DNA of 64,000 nt from the NCBI GenBank assembly GCA_013239625.1, contig MU053933.1, positions 2,565,026 to 2,629,025 of the forward strand, in the 5' to 3' direction. The DNA comes from Lama guanicoe. Its lineage: Eukaryota. Below, one piece after another: positions 11,531 through 24,811 of this stretch. Under the pieces are notes generated by a model that was not told the DNA's origin, did no database searches, and was given only the letters and a program-made list of their open reading frames with translations. How positions within the stretch are numbered: position 1 is the first letter of the stretch; each line of letters opens with the position of its first letter. The position numbers were made by a program, and so were the translations under genes.

Positions 11531-14500
11531 AGGCAGGAGTCTGTCCCTGGTGTCTCTGGGAGGACGCCGTCTGCCCCTGGCTCCTGGCCTCCCCGTCCTG
11601 AAGAGAAGAGCTCTGTGCTCTTCTCCCGGGAAGGGGCCTTGGACACAGGGCAGGGAGGAGCACGGGTGGCGGCCGGGGGCTGGGGGGTGGGGGCTGGGAC
11701 TGGTCCACCCCGGGGGACCCCAGGCTGGGTGACGGCCGGCGGTGGGGCTGCCAGCAGGGCCTCCTGGATTTTGCAGTCACGGTCCAGACCCAAACTTCTC
11801 GGTGCCCTCCTGGCTCTCCCTTTGGGCGCTGGCTCTTTGCTGCCCCGTTAAGAACCCTAGGGCTAGGCCACCGCACAGCGAGTGCTCAGAGGCCTCGGCG
11901 AAATCAAGTTAAATAACTTGCCTTTATGGCGTTTAGTTTTTGTGGTGATTTTCTTAGTTGTCTTCTCAGCCTGTGACTCATCTGGTGATTTGTGTGGCTC
12001 TAGGTGATTGTAACCCTTTTATTCACAGGGTTTTAAGAGGTGGCTTCTTGCTTTTAATGTCCTCTATTATGAGTTTCCGGTGATTTTGTGTATAAAGTTG
12101 AAGCTCTTTTCAGAAAGAATAAATCAAGTTATCTGTTGAGAAACAGCAGAAGTAGTCTTCGTAGCCCTGTGAGCAGCTGGGCCCGCAGCACAGCGCTTCA
12201 TGTGCACTTGGAGCCTCGTCGCAGCCCCGGACGCCAGCTGGTGCCAGGCCGCTCCCTGAACTTGTGTTAAGGGCTGGGCTTCCCCCAGGCCCCAGGCACC
12301 CTCTGAGCCCAATGCTAGTTTGTTGTCTAAAATTACCTTTACATCGGGAAATCTTGAAGTAAAATTTGGGAAGTTTTTTATTAATTCCCTGGGGTGCTTT
12401 TGAATGACGGATTTGGTGGAGTACGTGTTTTGGACGTTTGGGCACCACCACGAGGCCACTGGCTGCAGTCTGGTGCTGGTGCGGCCTCCTGTTGGAGAAG
12501 TGGCCCCTGTGCCGTGTCCGGGGCCGTCCACCCCGAGCACGTGTCAGCTCACAGGTCCCTGAGCACCGTCCTCGTGGGCCCTCTGTTCACCCAGCACCTC
12601 CACCTCCTGTCCCCACTGTCACGATTGCCTTGTCTGTTCTCGTCAGGTGGCCTCACATCCTTCGGAAATGTCTCTTCCAGTCCCCAGTGACCTGTCTTTG
12701 TCAAGGGCAGTGGCCAGTGTCCTGTCCCCGTCTCACTCAGGCCCTCAGCAGTGTCTGACCAAACTAACTGCGCTGGCTGGTCCCCGCCGCCCGCCCTCAG
12801 CCCCAGGGCCCCGCTCCCTCCTGCTCTGGGAGCCGGTGCCTCTCCCTCCGCCTGTCACTCCCGCCCTGTCCCTGGTCCCCAGGGGCATGCAGCCGCCCTC
12901 AGCTCCCTTTCTCTCACCCTCACTCTGGGTCTTGGCCAGGCTTGCTGGCGTCCTCCCCACTCGAACCCCCTCTGAGCCGCGGGAGCCCCTCATTGGCTTT
13001 CCCGGCCTGTACTTGCTCTGGTGCATGCACCTTCGTGTGGTCACTGAGGCAGGGAGCCCCTGTGCGACCCCTTTGGTGACTTCCCATCACGGTGGGTGAA
13101 GTATGGCCCCTTAAGAAGCAGCTCCCAGTTCCCCTCTGTTTTCCCCATTTGCTGCTCTGTGCCGACCCCGCCCCACCGCAGGACCCGAGTGTCTGCTCTT
13201 CCTCCTATGGGCGACAGTCATCCCCCAGGTGTTCCCGAGGCTGCCGCTGCTCACTGGTCAGCCACCAGCTTGGCTGTTGTCCCGCTGGCCCCCTCCATGC
13301 CGCTCTTGTCTGTGCCCCTGTTGTGAGGGCCCCGGAGATGCCCTGTTTGTTTGCTGGCACGTTTGCTGTCTGTGCCCTTGCCCTGGTCCGGTAGCTTTTG
13401 GAAGCCGGAGGCAGCCCTGGTCACTGGTGGCTTCAGGTCTGCAGCAGGCGTGTCCACAGGCCTGCACCAGGCACTCTCTTTGGCCTGGTTTTGTGTCGGG
13501 GAGGCGTTGGCAGCATGTGGCAGACAGCCTGGTGGCTGTGGCTTTCAACTCCTGGGCCTCCCATCTGGGCCTGGGACGTGGCTTCTGGACCTGCCGTCTC
13601 TCCTCTCTGCTGTTTGTCCTCGTGCTGGGCTCCTTGCTCTCTTGGTGGCTGTTCTGAGGGGAGCAGGTGGGCGAGGTCTCTTTCAGGAAAGCATTTCGGG
13701 AGCCCCCGGCTTCCATCTGGTTGGCGGGTAGCGTGTTAACGGGGCAGAGTCTGTGCTGCAGGAAGTCAGGCTCCTGAGGAAGGGGGGCCCAGTACCTGCC
13801 CAGCACAGCCTTCGTGTGGGCCTCTGTGTTCAGCACCTACTTCTGACCTTCTTGAGTTCCAGAGCAGTGGAGAGAGGCCCACACCCCAAAGGCCAGCGGA
13901 GGTCAGAGTGGCCCTGTTCACAGAGAAATAACTTGAGACAGCTCTCTGTGGCCCAGTGGGCTGGCCAGTCTCGTATCTCAAACTAGACAGACTTATCCAC
14001 CTGGTGCCAAGCGCATCTGGGGACAAGCGCAGCCGCCCTCGGAGGGACCAGCCTCACCTGTAAGGCGACCTGAGCGCACGGCCACTGTGGGTGGCCCTGC
14101 GAGGACACGACCGGCCAGGCGGGCCCGGGCCTCCCTCTAGGCGCATCGTTAGCCCACACTGCCTTCCCTCCTGGGGAGAGTGAGTGTGAGCGGGCAGGGG
14201 ACCCACCGGGGCACGAGAGGAGCAAGGAATATGGCTCCCTCATCCCCCAGAGGGCTTTGCTCCTCTTAAGGGAGAAGTCTGCCCCCGCTGTCTGCCTGAG
14301 GGACGGCGGCCCGGCTGGTATTAACCCTGACCTGGTGCTGACCCCAGCCCCCAGAGCCGCTCCTCCCCAGGCCCCGGCTCTGGGGTCCCTGTGGGCCGTC
14401 CCCACAGTAACTGCTGGCCCCTCCCCCTCTCCCCAGCTTCTGAGGCTGTTCGTACTCTGCGGAGAAACCCCACCCAGGGTGGCATCCAGAACAGCTTATG

Positions 14501-15094
14501 AGAGCAGAGGGGGCCTCTGGGAAGCCGTCCGAGACTGGAGTGGACCTTCCCTCCTCTTCGAGCTCAGTTTCTCACCCCAGGTTGGAAATCCGGATGCAGG
14601 CCAGTGGACCTGTCTGCACAGCGCCCAGGGCCCGGCTAGCGCAGGTCCAAGAGAGCCTTTCTCACCACAAGTGAGAGGGAGGTGGTCACAGTGCCTTCTC
14701 TTTGTTGACTGATAAAGAGGAGCAGAATGTTGCTGGGAAAGCTGAGGTGAGTTTTGGAGTTTTGTTCGAGGTCCGCTGTGCAGAAAAGGAGACCAGAGCA
14801 GGGTCTGGGGACCGCCGCAAGCACTTGTGTCTGTATTCTGAGCCCTGGCCGAGGCACTGTGGGGGTTTCTGAACTCAGATCTGTGGTGTGGGGGGCTCTG
14901 CTGTGCAGGCAGGAGGTGGGAGCGGAGACACTCGGGTTGTGTGGATGTCTGGGATGAGAGGCGGTGCCTTTGCCGGGACAGAGCCCACGGGGGGCCGGCC
15001 TTGGTCTGCTGTGAACAAGCGGCAGCTCGGCTCTTGCTTTCCCATCTCCAGCTCCCGTGGGTGCCTGGGCCCCGGGCCCGCAGGCAGCACCGCC

Positions 15095-15760
15095 CTCTAG
15101 GCTGACATCTCACAGGCTCCCAGCTGAACATTTGGAACCAATCACTTCATTTTCCCAAGTTTTCTCCCCTTTTTCCTCGCGGTGAATGCCATAACACCCC
15201 ACAGTCGCTAGAAGCCTGGCAGCCATCCTAGACTCCTCGCTTTTCCCTGCTGTCACCTCCAGTCCCCAGCACACTGTGTTCCCACTGTCCCTGCACTAAT
15301 CGTCCTCCCGAGGTGCCTGTTCTCCACATCTCCCCCGCCGCCCAGTGGCCTGCAGGCCACCGCCATCTCTTGTTTGGCCTTGACAGAAGCCTCCTGCCAG
15401 GGCCTGAGTCTTCCCTGTGCTCAGGGCTCTCCACCGGCAGCCCCAGGGCGTCATCTTAGCCCTGCGCTTACAGGCCCCTGTGCCCTGCCTTTGTATCTGC
15501 AATAAAGCTGTAACTTACTTCTCAGTTACAAACGCCTGGCTTGACCCGGCTCCCACCTGTCTTCTGCCTCCTTCCGTCTGACCCCTTTCCCCTCGTTGTG
15601 CTGGGCCCACGGCCTCCTGTCTCTGACCTGCGTGGCTCCAGCTCCCAGCCTCCTCAGCTTCCTGCACGTGCTTCACTTGTTCCCACCTGGTGGCCTTCCC
15701 CGTGTTCTCCCTGCGTCACTGCTGCCGTCTCTGAGGTGGTCCTGACTATCTCCTGGCTTA
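15095..15760 (+). mobile_element. L2 internal/3' fragment
   Basis: C/T-rich, with L2 motifs 'gacatctcacaggctcccagctgaacat', 'gaagcctggcagccatcctagactcctc' and 'ccatctcttgtttggccttgacagaagcctcctg'. Confidence 0.6.
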
Positions 15761-15799
15761 TGGAGGCATCTTCTAGTTTTTACTGAGGGGCAGGTTGGG

Positions 15800-16015
15800 G
15801 AAGTGGTTACCTGCCTGGTCTCTGGAACCAGACTGTTGGGTTGGAGTCACGCTGACCCTGCCTGTCACTCGCTGTGTGACCTTGACATGTTATTTAACCC
15901 TCTGGGCCTTAGCTTCCCTGCCTGCAAACTGGGGAGGCTGATACCTGCCTCTTTACCACGAGGATTAAATGATTGCGTGAAGCTTCTGTCAGTGTGTGTG
16001 GATAGCAAGTGCTGG
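15800..16015 (+). mobile_element. MIR SINE
   Basis: 'tctggaaccagactgttgggtt...gctgtgtgaccttgacatgttatttaaccctctgggccttagcttccctgcctgcaaactgggga...gaggattaaatga' is the classic MIR core. Confidence 0.75.
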
Positions 16016-18329
16016 GTGAGAACTGGACTGGGCACCGGGCAGAGTGCCCCATCGAGGGTGCAGGCTCAGGGAGTCAGGAAGGAGGTGGTCACCTTGTGCT
16101 TGGGCCGCCCTGCCTCTGCCTGAGAAACGGAGGTGCTGCCAAGTTATTCTCAGTATTTCAGTCTGATGGGCTAGACCGAGCGCCTTCCCTGTGGAGCAGA
16201 AATGCAGAGCCTTGGTAAAGGAACCCAGTCCCCCAACAAAATAAATCCCCGAGTTGTGTACTGGCAGCAGGTGGGGCTGGAAACGGCTCTTCCAAGCCTT
16301 GGAGGGGAAATCTAGTAGGTGCTTGGGACTGAAATTAAGCCTTGGATCATCTGAAAGGAACTTCCATGTCTTCTCTTAAGGATTGTTAGCTCAGAATTAA
16401 CTCCTTGAGAAATGGGTGGTAGGACTGGTGACCAAGAACATGTGATTTCCTACGGGAGAGCTGTGTGTTCATTGTCATTTTGTATCAGATAAAGCCGTAA
16501 TTGGTCATTCTTTGATGCAGAGTAAAGCCCAGCTGCTAAATTAGGGTCTTTTCCTCTAGATCGCTCTGTGAGCTTTAAAAATTGCCATTTGTGTTCAGTG
16601 CAGATCAGTACTGTATCATTTTATGGACCCCAAAACATAATTACGACACGCAGCGTGCAACCCACAACACACATGGTGCTGGTTCTTACGCTGCCCTTGT
16701 TCTCAGGATTGCCGAGCCCGGGGTTTCTGGAGTGCTCTCTGAGGCCGGCACGTGCTTGGTGCTGAAGGCCCCGTAGCCTCCGGGTGCTGGCCCGTGCCTG
16801 TGTGACTGCGGCCCAGCGACTTCAGAGCGGGCGCCTGGGCACTGTTGGCTGTGTGGGGTTTCCCTTCCAGGACCCACCTGAGGCTCCGTCCCAGGTTCTG
16901 CCTGAAAACACTGGTGGGACGTAGTCCCAATGTGGGTTTATAGAAACACGTGTAAAATAGCATAAAGGTGTGTGAACTTAGCTCAGGCAAGCTTCTAATC
17001 TCCCCTTTCCAGTCAATTTACCTTTTTTTCTCCAAACCTTATGTTCACGATTTAAAAATATGTAAAAAAACCTCACCTTTAAATTGTAAAAATTATTCAA
17101 CACATGCAGAAACAAAGCCGCAGCACTTGAGGTCCCCTGGGATCAGCTGAGGGGGGCGTGCGGGAGAGCAGAGGGCACAGGTGGACTCAGTGGTGAGGCC
17201 TGGGCTTGGGGGCGATCTGCCGTCACCGCGCTGGGCCCTGTCACTTACTGTCCCCAAGTCGAACGCAGCCGCCAGCCCCTAAGAGAGCTTGCAGCCCGCA
17301 AGGACGGCTGTGGCGGGGCGCGGCCGGTGCCCGGCCAGTCTGCTTTGCAGGGGCTCTTCGGGGCCCTGTCCAGCGAGGCCTGGGCGGCTGCCCCCCAGCT
17401 AACTCCCGCCCGCGGCGGTTACCGGTTGGCTGGGCTCGCGGCCGTCCGTGCGCCCTCGACCCTGCGGCCCCTTGCGGCTGGTGTCGCAGACCTGCTGAGC
17501 CGGGTCGGGGGCTTAGCGGGACGTCCGCCGCAAGTCCCTCCCCATTTCCACAGATCTCCAGGTTCCGATACTTCAGGGGACGTCGGAAAACCTTACCTCC
17601 TAAAGTGCACACAGAGTTTTTGCTTTAAAACCCTGAAATGGATTCTTTCTTAAGTGTTCCCGTGTCCTAATTAAAACATTCTTCAGCTAACGCTTCTCCG
17701 AGGTTTGCTAACGTGTAACACGTGCTTGCGGCGCTGGCCTTGAGGGGGTGGCTTATGTCCCAAGTGCATCAGGGACCCTTTTGCTTTGGGGGCTGTGAAA
17801 CCTCTCCCTCAGCAAAACCGTGGGGAAATGCCCACACGCTGCATACTTGACAGAAGCGTATGAGTGCTCAGCACGTCAGCAAATCGGCCCTTCCTGACTG
17901 TCAGGTGGGAAGAAGGCTCAGCGTGAAGCTGTGTAAAGGAAAGGGGCACGGCGACATGCGCTCGGGGCGCACACTCGGCAGACACGCTTCGTTCCGAAGT
18001 GGGCGCGCGTCCTGCTCGTCTTTACTCTAGATCAGAGTTGTTAGTGCTGGCCTCTGCTTGTTGACAACAAAAGGTTTACAATTTTTTACAGGTTTTAAAA
18101 CTATGGAAGTAATTACGCAAGCAGTTGAAAATGGAGCATTTAGGCTTCTCCGTCTTACTCCTTGCGGGCAGCCCTTGCCACAGGCCCACCCAGTCAGTGT
18201 CCTTGGAACAGATCTGGGGTGCTGTTGTCAGAAGGAGGAAGATGGATTCAAGGTAGACAAAACACGCCACTGCAGGTGTATTTTCTGGAGTGTAACCGCG
18301 TGCTCCTTCAGCAGTATCTAAGAAATAGA

Positions 18330-19240
18330 GTCAGGGTTCCTCTCTGAGACTGAGAGAAACACCCACGGTGGTCCCGGAGCACCTGGCAGTGCCCGGAAGT
18401 AGGGAAGTGCTGGAAAAACAGCCCCACGAGGGTGTCAGAGGGACCGGGGCGACCAAGGGAGCTCCCAGTGGCCAGAGCTGGAGCGGGTGCAGTGACAAAA
18501 CTTAGTCGGGTTGGATCATGGCCCAGAGTATAAAGGGAGAACCCCCAAGTCCACCTGCTGTAAACGAGCGACTGGCAAGCACACCGGGAGACGAGCGAAT
18601 CTGCTCCCAGGAGAACCCACGTCGGTCCGGCCACTGCTCTGTCCTCAGGGAGGGGGTGGACCCCCTCCTCGGGTGCCGGTGTGCGCGGCGACCCCCTTCT
18701 GGGGGACAGTGGAGGGGCAGTCGTGTGGCAGAGAGACCCCACAGACACCCCCGTGCCGGGTGACCAAGGTCAGCGGCCGCAGTGAAGGTCACGGGGAAAG
18801 TCGTGCTGATGGCTGCCCTGGACGGGCCGTGATGAGAAGGGCCCTCTCCTCTGCGGTCCTCACGGAGGGGCGTCCTGGAAAACGCCTGACTGACCCCTCA
18901 CAACTGTCAAGGTCGTTGAAAACAAGAAAGTCGGAGGAACCGTCACACCCAGAGAAGACCCAAGGGGACATGTTGACCTGGTGTCACGTGGGATCCTGGG
19001 TGAGGTCCCGGAACAGGAAAGGACACCAAGTAAAAACGGAGGAGATCTGAATAAACCATGACTCATTAGTTTCGTTAATAATAATATGTTAATGTTGGCT
19101 CGTTAATTGTAACACACGTAGCATGCTAACATAAGCTGCTAAGAATGGGGATGTGAAGGGGTGGGTATGTGGGAAATCTCTGTACCGTCGTCTCTGTGTT
19201 TCTTTAAAAGCGTTCTCAAAAATAAAGTCTTTTTTAAAAA
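18330..19240 (+). mobile_element. L1MC/L1MD-type 3' end
   Basis: 'aactgtcaaggtcgttgaaaacaagaaagtcggaggaaccgtcaca', 'gggatcctgggtgaggtcccggaacaggaaaggacac', 'ttaataataatatgttaatgttggctcgttaattgtaaca', and a terminal 'aaaataaagtc'. Confidence 0.7.
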
Positions 19241-19254
19241 GTTTTTTAGGCAGC

Positions 19255-19410
19255 TAATAATTCCACAGAAGCTCCCTTTGTGTTCCCACCCTCTGCCCTA
19301 AGTATGGAACATCCTGACTTTTGTGTTATTTGTGCCCTGGGCTCTCTTTGTAGATGCGTCCCCTCTGTTTGTCACCCTGAGTGGTGTACCTTGGGGTTTT
19401 GCCAGCACGA
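19255..19410 (-). mobile_element. L1ME-type 3' fragment
   Basis: 'catcctgacttttgtgttatttgtgccctgggctctctttgtag' resembles the antisense L1ME 3' UTR. Confidence 0.45.
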
Positions 19411-22329
19411 ATGTTGCTCAGCAGGAAGGGGGTCAGATTGCCAGCGAGGGCTCCTAGGCGAGGACGGGTCCTAGTGACTGTGGATTTCCAGGGACTTCGC
19501 CTACGGGGTCCCTCCAAGCAGTGACTTCGCCAAGTCACACAGGTTTACACATTTTTCCAAAGTGAGATCTTTAATTCCATTAGTTGGGACCGCCGGTTCC
19601 TTCCACACGCTTCCCCCGCAGCCCCGTCTCTGTCTCCGGAGCTGGGAAGCCTTGGATGGCCTTGGGCATCTTTGCCAACCCGCCCAGAGGAAGCGGCACT
19701 GGGGACGCGCTAGTGCGGCTTTGACGGGTAAGTGTAGTGGGAATGGTCGCTTCTGTGAGGAGTGAAGTGCCTCCAGTGTTGGAAGCCCGGATTCTGGAGT
19801 TGTGCTGTGCAGCTGGGGTGGAAAGGAGCAGGGCCAGAGGAGGGGGCGGTTGTCCCCTCGCCCTTTGACCTCGGGACCCTAGAGAGAAGAGAGAGGGTGC
19901 AGTGGAGGCACAGCTGGGCCAGGGCGGGGACCACCTGACTGCGGCTTGGAGACCAAGGGAGCGTGGGGGTCAGGCTGGGAGTGGAGGTGTCGCAGGAGAG
20001 GGTTCTCTAAGGGCTGTGGCAGGAGACTCCCGACCTGCTTGCCAGCAGTGAGGTCCAGGGGGGCGTGTCGCCAAGTCGGACAGAGGGCAGGGGGTGCTGT
20101 GAGGAGCTGGAGGCGGAGAAAGTGTCTGAAGTGACAGGCGGGGGCTTCGGAGAGCGGGGACCCTGCCTGGCAGCCGTGGGTGCAGATGCCTGGCCCCGCA
20201 CACGCTCCCGCGGCCTTTCTGGAGTGGCTGCCGGCCGCACGAGGGGTCTCGGCTCCTGTGGCCTTGCTGCGGTCTGCACTTTTCCCCGGCAGGAGCTAGG
20301 CCCAGCCCAGGAGCACAGGTCCCGTGTCAGTCGGGCGAGCTGAGAGTTGAGTGGGAGAAAGCCACCACCTGGCTCAGCGTGGAGGGGCGGCGGCGCTGCC
20401 AGCTTGTCGGGCGGCCTCTTTGGCGATTTTCCTGCTGCGCTCTAGATGCATCAGCGAGCCTTTGCGTTTTCAGTTTCTGACTATGTCATTGGTGATGTTT
20501 TAGGGGAACATTCGGTTGCAGGTTGGCCTTTTAAGTGTGACGACAGAGGTAGAAGGCCTGGCTTCTCTGTTTTCTCCAGACGCCCTGGCTGCTCGCCCGT
20601 CTGCTCCCTCGAAGCCTCAAGCTGCTCAGATCACACTTAGCTGAATGTATTCTAAGCGAGCTCACTCGTGAGGGCTCACCCTCAGGAAATACTGGATTAT
20701 TCTGAACACTGTGCAGGGAGGAGCATCCTAACATTGTGCTGTTTCTAGGCTCCCTGTTAAGCTTCAGGAAACCATGTGTCAGTGGGCGTGTCTGCAGAGC
20801 GGGGCTGCTCCCGAGAGCGTGTCGGGCGTGTGGGAAGGCAAGGGGCTGACTCGAGAACGGGAGCCGAGTCTCGGGGCTGAGGTGCGCCGCCGCCCGGCTC
20901 CCTGGGCCTGCCGCGTGCGCGCTCTCTAGCTCGCCTGCGTCTAGGAGTTCAGTCTTAGTGTTAGTCTGTTTGGCAGCTGGCACTGCTGCCTCTGGTCTGT
21001 GGAGCAGGTGCGGAAGCCTAGGAACATTCTGGAGCTTCCTCCGGGGAAGCAGCTTCCTTGATGCCATTTGGTGTTTTAAGACTTTTTGCTTCTCAGCTGG
21101 TGGACAGAGTTGTTCTTAGAGTCTCAAGTGTTATCAGTAGAATTTCAAGCTTTCAAAACCGGCTACTTTTTTTCTGTTTAGCAGCAGTGTTAATTCCTTT
21201 CTTTGTCTGTCTTGCAGTTGAAACCTGTGAAAACTGGCCTATTGAATTCCTTGGGAGGTTTTACAGGCCTCCTCCTCCTCTTGGCCGTGACGCCTGCTGA
21301 GGCGGAAGCCCTTCTGTGGCAGGTGACAAAGCGCGCCGTGTCCAGGTGGGGCGTCCCGGTTCAGGCACAGCCTGGGCACGTGTGTGAGCTCCACGTGCAG
21401 CCTGCCAGTTAGCTCGTCCCTGCCAGTCTTGTCGTGATCATTTCTCTGCAGCCACCTGACGGCGTGAACTGGAGGCAGAGGGGTGCGCGGACCTGACTGC
21501 TGTGTCCCCTGGACAGGTCTCTCCGATGTGGTCCCCCAGACCCAAGGCAGTGCTGGTGAGGCCACAGGCCCGCGGTGTGCTTGCTGCCCCTTGGGAATTG
21601 GTCAGAACAACACGTTAATACAAAATGAATTTTCCCAGCAACATAAGAAGTTTAGCCTACTTCACGTTTGCAGACCATGTTAGCGTTGCCAGCAGGGTGA
21701 AGGGGGTCACGTGCGAGTGGAGGCCATGCGTGCGGCTGAACGTGCCATCGGTAAGAGCCATGACTGTCGGAGTACTCTAGTAATGAAACGTGTTTTCTGT
21801 TTATTTCAGACGCTAATAAAAAGTAACATTTAGAAATCAAAAAATCTCTCTTTTAGGGTCCACAAATGTCCCAGATGGAAGTTTTTCATAGAGAAAAACA
21901 AAAGTCTTATCAAAGGCTTATGCAGGAGCCAGAAAAGCAAAGAAGGCTTTATTGAAAATGAACCGTTGGTGCTAATTTGTCCTTCCCCCGCCACCCGTCC
22001 TCCCACAGAGGAGTAGGCGCTGGCCGGCGGGCAGAGGGAGAGCAGGAGCCGGAAGCTGCACAAAACCCATGCGCAGTTTAATTTAAAATTGCAAAGTTCT
22101 GATTCGCTAGGCTAAGAAAGGAACAAGAAAACACAGAAACATGGAGTTTGGGATAGAGGAAGTAACCCCCCCCACCATTTGCAGCTCCCCCAGAAAACCC
22201 CGGGCAGCCTGGCCCGCCGAGCTCTCTGTGGGGGCGGGAGCTGGCCCTGTGCTGTCCGTGCAGAGGCTGCCGTGCGGGAGCGTGCAGCCCAGAGAGTCAG
22301 TGGCGAAAACAGTGCAGCTCACAGAAGCA

Positions 22330-23540
22330 TTTGCCACGGTAGTGGATGTGCAAAGTTAACGTGCAAACATCAGTGATAACTTTCATGTGCACAAAGTTAA
22401 CCAATTAGAGAAGACAGCCCTTTACAATAGCAAAATAAAGTACTTAGGAATAAATGTAGGAAGAATTGTCCCAAACCTGAGTGCGGAAAATCCCAGAAAT
22501 TCTTGAGAAAGACGCAGCAGTGCCTTGAGCAGACGGAAAGACGTGCCTTATCCTTGGTTTGGCTGTCGCAGCATCACTGAGATGGATGTTCTAACCGAAT
22601 CTGCAAACAATGTGATTTCAATAAAAATACAGACTCGAGTCATTTTTCCCTTTGGACTGGACATGTTGATTCTACAATTGGCAGAAAATCAAGCATGCGT
22701 GAACACCTAGAAAACGGGAGAAGGGCTAGGGAAAGCAGACAGCCCCCCGGACGTTCACACACCGCGATGCCCTCCGAGCCAGACAAGGTGGTGACGGTGC
22801 TCACAGACCAGACAGAAGGGGCCCAGGACCCGGACACTGGCCCAAGTGCAGACAGAGGTCTGGTGTGTGATGACAGCGGTCTCTCAAGCGCTGGGTCAAG
22901 ACGGACTTTTTAATAAGTGGTCTGGGGACAACTGGACACCTTTTTGTGAAAGACAACATTAGAGTTATGCCTTAGACCACATACCAGAAGACCACGTAAG
23001 CTCCAAATGGATAAGAGCTAAATGTGAACATGAAACTGTTCGAGCGTCGGAAACATACGTCCACATCACCTGCGTGTTGGGAAAGGCTCTTAAAATTGTA
23101 ACTCGGGATTCAGTGTCAACAGAAGGAAAGGTGCGGAGTGTGATTACGCTAAATACTGCGATACTGGAAAATGGCCTGGCCCAAACCAACCAATGACAAC
23201 AAAAACACAACAAGAAAGTTAGAAGACAGAAGAATCAAGTGTGATTCACAACATGTTAATGTTTAAAAACCGTGGGAAGAAAAAGATCAGCACCCCGCAG
23301 AACAGGCAGAGCGCAGGAACAGACGGGGCGCGTGCACACACGTTACGGCGGGCCCTCAGCTGCGCCCAGGTGCCATTTCTCACACGGCCGGTTGGCAAAA
23401 CTCCCAGAGCCCTTGGGAAAGCAGTCACTGACGCACACGCTCAGTCGGAAGTGACTCCGTGTGCGGCCGCGGTGGCCGGGCCTCTCCAGCCCGGGGAGAG
23501 CGCTTGTGGCGGCGGTTGGTCCCCGAGTTGACCACGCGGG
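22330..23540 (+). mobile_element. L1M ORF2 C-terminal relic, sense orientation, frameshifted
   Basis: Encodes decayed ORF2 motifs: PFTIA..KYLGIN ('ccctttacaatagcaaaataaagtacttaggaataaat'), RKDVPYPWFG (cf. WKDIPCSWIG), NVISIKI, LDMLILQL, 'tttttaataagtggtctggggacaactgg' (LFNKWxWxNW) and 'ctccaaatggataagagctaaatgtg'. Confidence 0.8.
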
Positions 23541-24811
23541 CTCTGTGCTGGAAGCCACGGCAGTGCTGCCCCAGGTTCTTGGTTCGTAGGTGCTGACCAC
23601 GTGGAGTCCGTGGGCACTGGGCCCCTGGGTCACGAACTGCTGAGGCCCTTGGAGCCCCTCGCTGGCCCTGTGGACGGCCCCAGGCTGTTTCTCCGCCCGC
23701 CACGCCCACCGCCTGGTCCCCACAGCAGTCGGGACTCTCGTGAAGGCTACGAGTTTCTGCCCTGCTGCGGATTTCATCCTCTCTCTGGCTGTAAGGTGTC
23801 CCAGGTCAGAACCTCGGCTGGGGCTGTGCTGGAACCTTCTGCCCTGAACCACAGGCCTGGGCCTCCAGCCGCCATCTCATGGCAGACACCCTCTGCTGAC
23901 AGAGGACTTCGTTCTCTGCTCCCTGGTTCTTGTTAAAGGCCGAACTGTTTTGATTGAAAAACTAATTTCATGTTCCGAATGTGGACCTAAAAGCACATGG
24001 CCTTCTCACACGGAGTAGACGGTCCTGCGGCATCTGATGAAACAGAAGGAGCCTTGGTGCTGCTCCCGGTCCTCCTGTGCTCAGGGAGCGGGGAGGGGGT
24101 CCAGGGCCAGGCCCCTTTCAGGCCAGGAGCTGCACGCTTGCTCCACGCTTGGTGGCAGGAGGGCCCGTGTCAGTCCTGCCAGTGGCCTGTGGACCCGAGG
24201 CCTGCTTCTCACTGTGGGTACAGCTCAGCCTCGGGCAGGTTTCAGCTGCGGGCCAGCAGCCACCCTGCCCTGCACAGTGGACACGGCTGGATGGTCAGCG
24301 ATCGGGAGAGAGTGACTGTGCCCGCACGTGCAGGGACCTCGTGCTCTGCTGGTTCTCATGCGGCCGGAGGCTTGCTCGCTTTGGCTTCTAGGCTCCCATC
24401 CCCCCCCCCAGTACGGAGCGCTCAGCCCCCTTTCCTGACCGCATGAGCCCCTCCCCTGCTGGTCACCGCCCACCCTGCGGGATGAGAGGGAACCTGTGAT
24501 TTGGGCAGATTAGGGGCCTGGCGGCACCCCCACCCTCCTCCCTCTCCTTCTCGCCCCCTGCGGGGAGCCCCCATCCTTTAGAGGCTCGAAGGTGGGTTAG
24601 AAGCACCAGGCCATCGTCTGCCATCTTCCCGCTCTGTGCAGGGCCTTCAAGCTTCCTTTAATTTGGGGGACTGCCTGGAGATTGAAGAGGGAGGCCTCAC
24701 GAAGTGGCCCTGCTGAGAGGCTGTTCCCGGACCCTCACTACTGCCGCCACCAACACCACAACCACCTCTAACTGGCTTTAGGAGTTAAAGCCACATGTAA
24801 AGCATTGAAGT

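Noticed and set aside
17598-17633. Minus-strand 36-nt exon candidate with a GAG|gtaagg donor
   Set aside because: The polypyrimidine tract is weak, the peptide is unrecognisable, and it is opposite to the inferred transcription direction.
22525-22710. ORF with similarity to L1 ORF2 protein, considered as a functional retroelement gene
   Set aside because: It is a short, frameshifted and heavily diverged L1 ORF2 relic. The same applies to 59697-59942.
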